From Oopsacas minuta (lineage: Eukaryota > Animalia > Porifera): a stretch of 64,000 nucleotides of DNA. The first letter of the stretch is position 1; the number at the start of each line of letters is the position of its first letter. Made by a program: the position numbers and the translations under genes. The DNA lies in NCBI GenBank assembly GCA_024704765.1, contig JAKMXF010000255.1, forward strand, positions 434,001 to 498,000, read 5' to 3'. The notes under the pieces were generated by a model that saw only the letters and a list, made by a program, of their open reading frames with translations, was not told where the DNA came from and ran no database searches. Of this stretch, positions 62,501-64,000 are shown in pieces.

Positions 62501-64000
62501 GGAGAACAATCCTCTTAACATTCAAAACTGGTTAACTCTAACTCTCCTCTCTGATGAAGACGAGTTGAAGAAAATTAAAGGTCCTATGCTTGACTCTTTA
62601 TCTAATAAGATTCCTCATTTAACAGTTGATATATTGTCTCGTATTAAGTTTGGTACAAATCTTCGTTGTGTGTTCAATTCCGCAGATATGGATCTTTATA
62701 ATCGTGCTGAATTACTGAAGCAGATATTTGAAACTGATGTCGGGTTTATGCTATGTGAGATTTTCATTTCTTATTGGAAGTCAGATTTTATTCGAGAACA
62801 AATCCACAACTACGCTAATTCTATCTTTCAGAACTTATCGAATTTGAGTCTCACTGATTTGGTCGTGACTAGCTTTTGGAATCTGTTCACTTCGTTCCTT
62901 ACTCTAATGGTGTACAAAATTAATGAAGGATTAAATTTTGAAGTTTTATTCGATCAAGATGACAATCCTAATGATTACGTACATCATAGAATATATGAAC
63001 AGCTAGCTCCCACCAGGTCAGAATCTCTCTCAAGACGAGATACAACACACTTGTTTTTAGGAATTCTGAGAAATTTGAGCAAGCCCAGTATGGAAGAAGT
63101 TAAGAATATTTCACATATTTTGGATGCTCAAGTGAATAATGCTATCCACATCCCTAAATTCCCATTCTCCATGTACATCACTAGGGCATTTGATAATGCC
63201 ATACAGTGTAGTATACAAGAAGTCAATAAGAACATTACTGCAATACAAATTTCAAAATCTAGTCAAGGATCGAACAAGCCAAATCAAGAAGACCTCAATA
63301 AATTCCTATTAGAGAATCTGAAGAAAAATCTACATCGTTATCCTCTTATTCAGTTTATTTTAGAGAATGTTAAGAGTACTATTTGGATGCATTATTTGGA
63401 AGATTTTGCCTATAATCATATCAGCGTTTCTTCAGCTCATTTATTCGAAAAACAAGAGAATAATACCAGTTTCCTGAGATTAGTTAATTTCTGGGGAAAT
63501 GATTTTGATAGAAATGATATTGCTAACGCTCTACTCAAACTTCACATTTCTGCTTTCTCGAATCCTCCAGACTTTAGTAAGCTTCTATTCATATTTTCTT
63601 CTCTAGAGAAGCTTAAGGATCTAAATTTACCTAACATAGAAGAGAGCATAGGCATGCAAAGTCTAGTACAGCCTATTCCTACATCTGTTCCAATATTCAG
63701 CTACTTTATCGACACCCTTCATCAGGATATCATGAAAATATTTTCCAAACGTCCCTCCCCTTCCAATCTAGAAAACATCAAGAAATGGGTGAGTGTTTAT
63801 AATAATCTAATAATTCAATATGCTGGATCTCTTCACTCGGAAACTCTTGAGCACATTCTATCCAATGACCAGAAGATCAAATTTGCTCAAATGCATGCTC
63901 TCTACCTGATTGCTAGATATTATCCTATCAATGAAGATTTCCTTTTAAACGCGTTCGACTTAGCTATCTTTGTCAAATTAGAGCTGAAAGGTGGTTATGA
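50549..64000 (+). CDS. RNF213: RNF213/mysterin-like giant AAA+ ATPase, 3'-partial (over 3,900 aa in window); exons 50549-50591, 51018-51467, 51827-52035, 52377-60808 (three 1-bp shifts) and 61263 to window end
   Basis: P-loops YGLEGNGKS, VGETGVGKT with VFLDEINT, and VGAPGTSKT with VFMDEAGLPE; also AACNPHR, DAAKSNRA, YGLRDF and FLNRFEK, in RNF213 order. The last exon reads open at the points checked up to 64000. The 5' exons are joined by phase only and are less certain. Confidence 0.82.
50739..50821. mobile_element. pogo-type MITE
   Basis: TA|CAGTCGAACCTC ... GAGGTTCGAGTG. Confidence 0.55.
51709..51807. mobile_element. pogo-type MITE
   Basis: TA|CAGTAGAAC ... GTTCTACTG|TA. Confidence 0.65.

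Noticed and set aside
1-64000. rRNA, tRNA or other structured RNA genes
   Set aside because: None was recognisable by eye; tRNAscan-SE and Infernal/Rfam would be needed to exclude small ones.

Overview
This 64-kb window is AT-rich, gene-dense eukaryotic DNA with short spliceosomal introns and several intronless genes. The gene content (tektin, SEPT9-like septin, RNF213-like protein, pogo/hAT elements) is animal-type; a compact early-branching animal such as a sponge is plausible but only inferred. About 15 protein-coding loci can be reconstructed: a 5'-partial aldonolactone-oxidase (GULO/ALO)-like flavoprotein, PQ-loop lysosomal transporter, two inverted orphan GPCR-like paralogs, tektin-2-like, MATE, two divergent actin-like paralogs, SHMT, MOCOS, SEPT9-like septin, CDC20, an orphan multi-pass membrane protein, TIMM10 and a 3'-partial RNF213-like AAA+ giant. 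Mobile DNA includes a nested pogo/Tigger cluster, a hAT element with perfect TIRs and an 8-bp TSD, MITEs, foldbacks and a possible Helitron relic. The most notable structures are: (i) tektin intron 2 hosts three nested intronless genes, including two actins with altered ATPase residues; (ii) CDC20 lies antisense inside a septin intron, and the septin may end in a hydrophobic tail; (iii) an inverted GPCR-like pair shares a near-identical 973-bp core around a Cys-rich small ORF; (iv) several 1-bp frameshifts cluster between 43 and 60 kb and may be assembly errors. No rRNA, tRNA or CRISPR array was seen. All coordinates and alignments were derived by eye, and reference motifs are quoted from memory.
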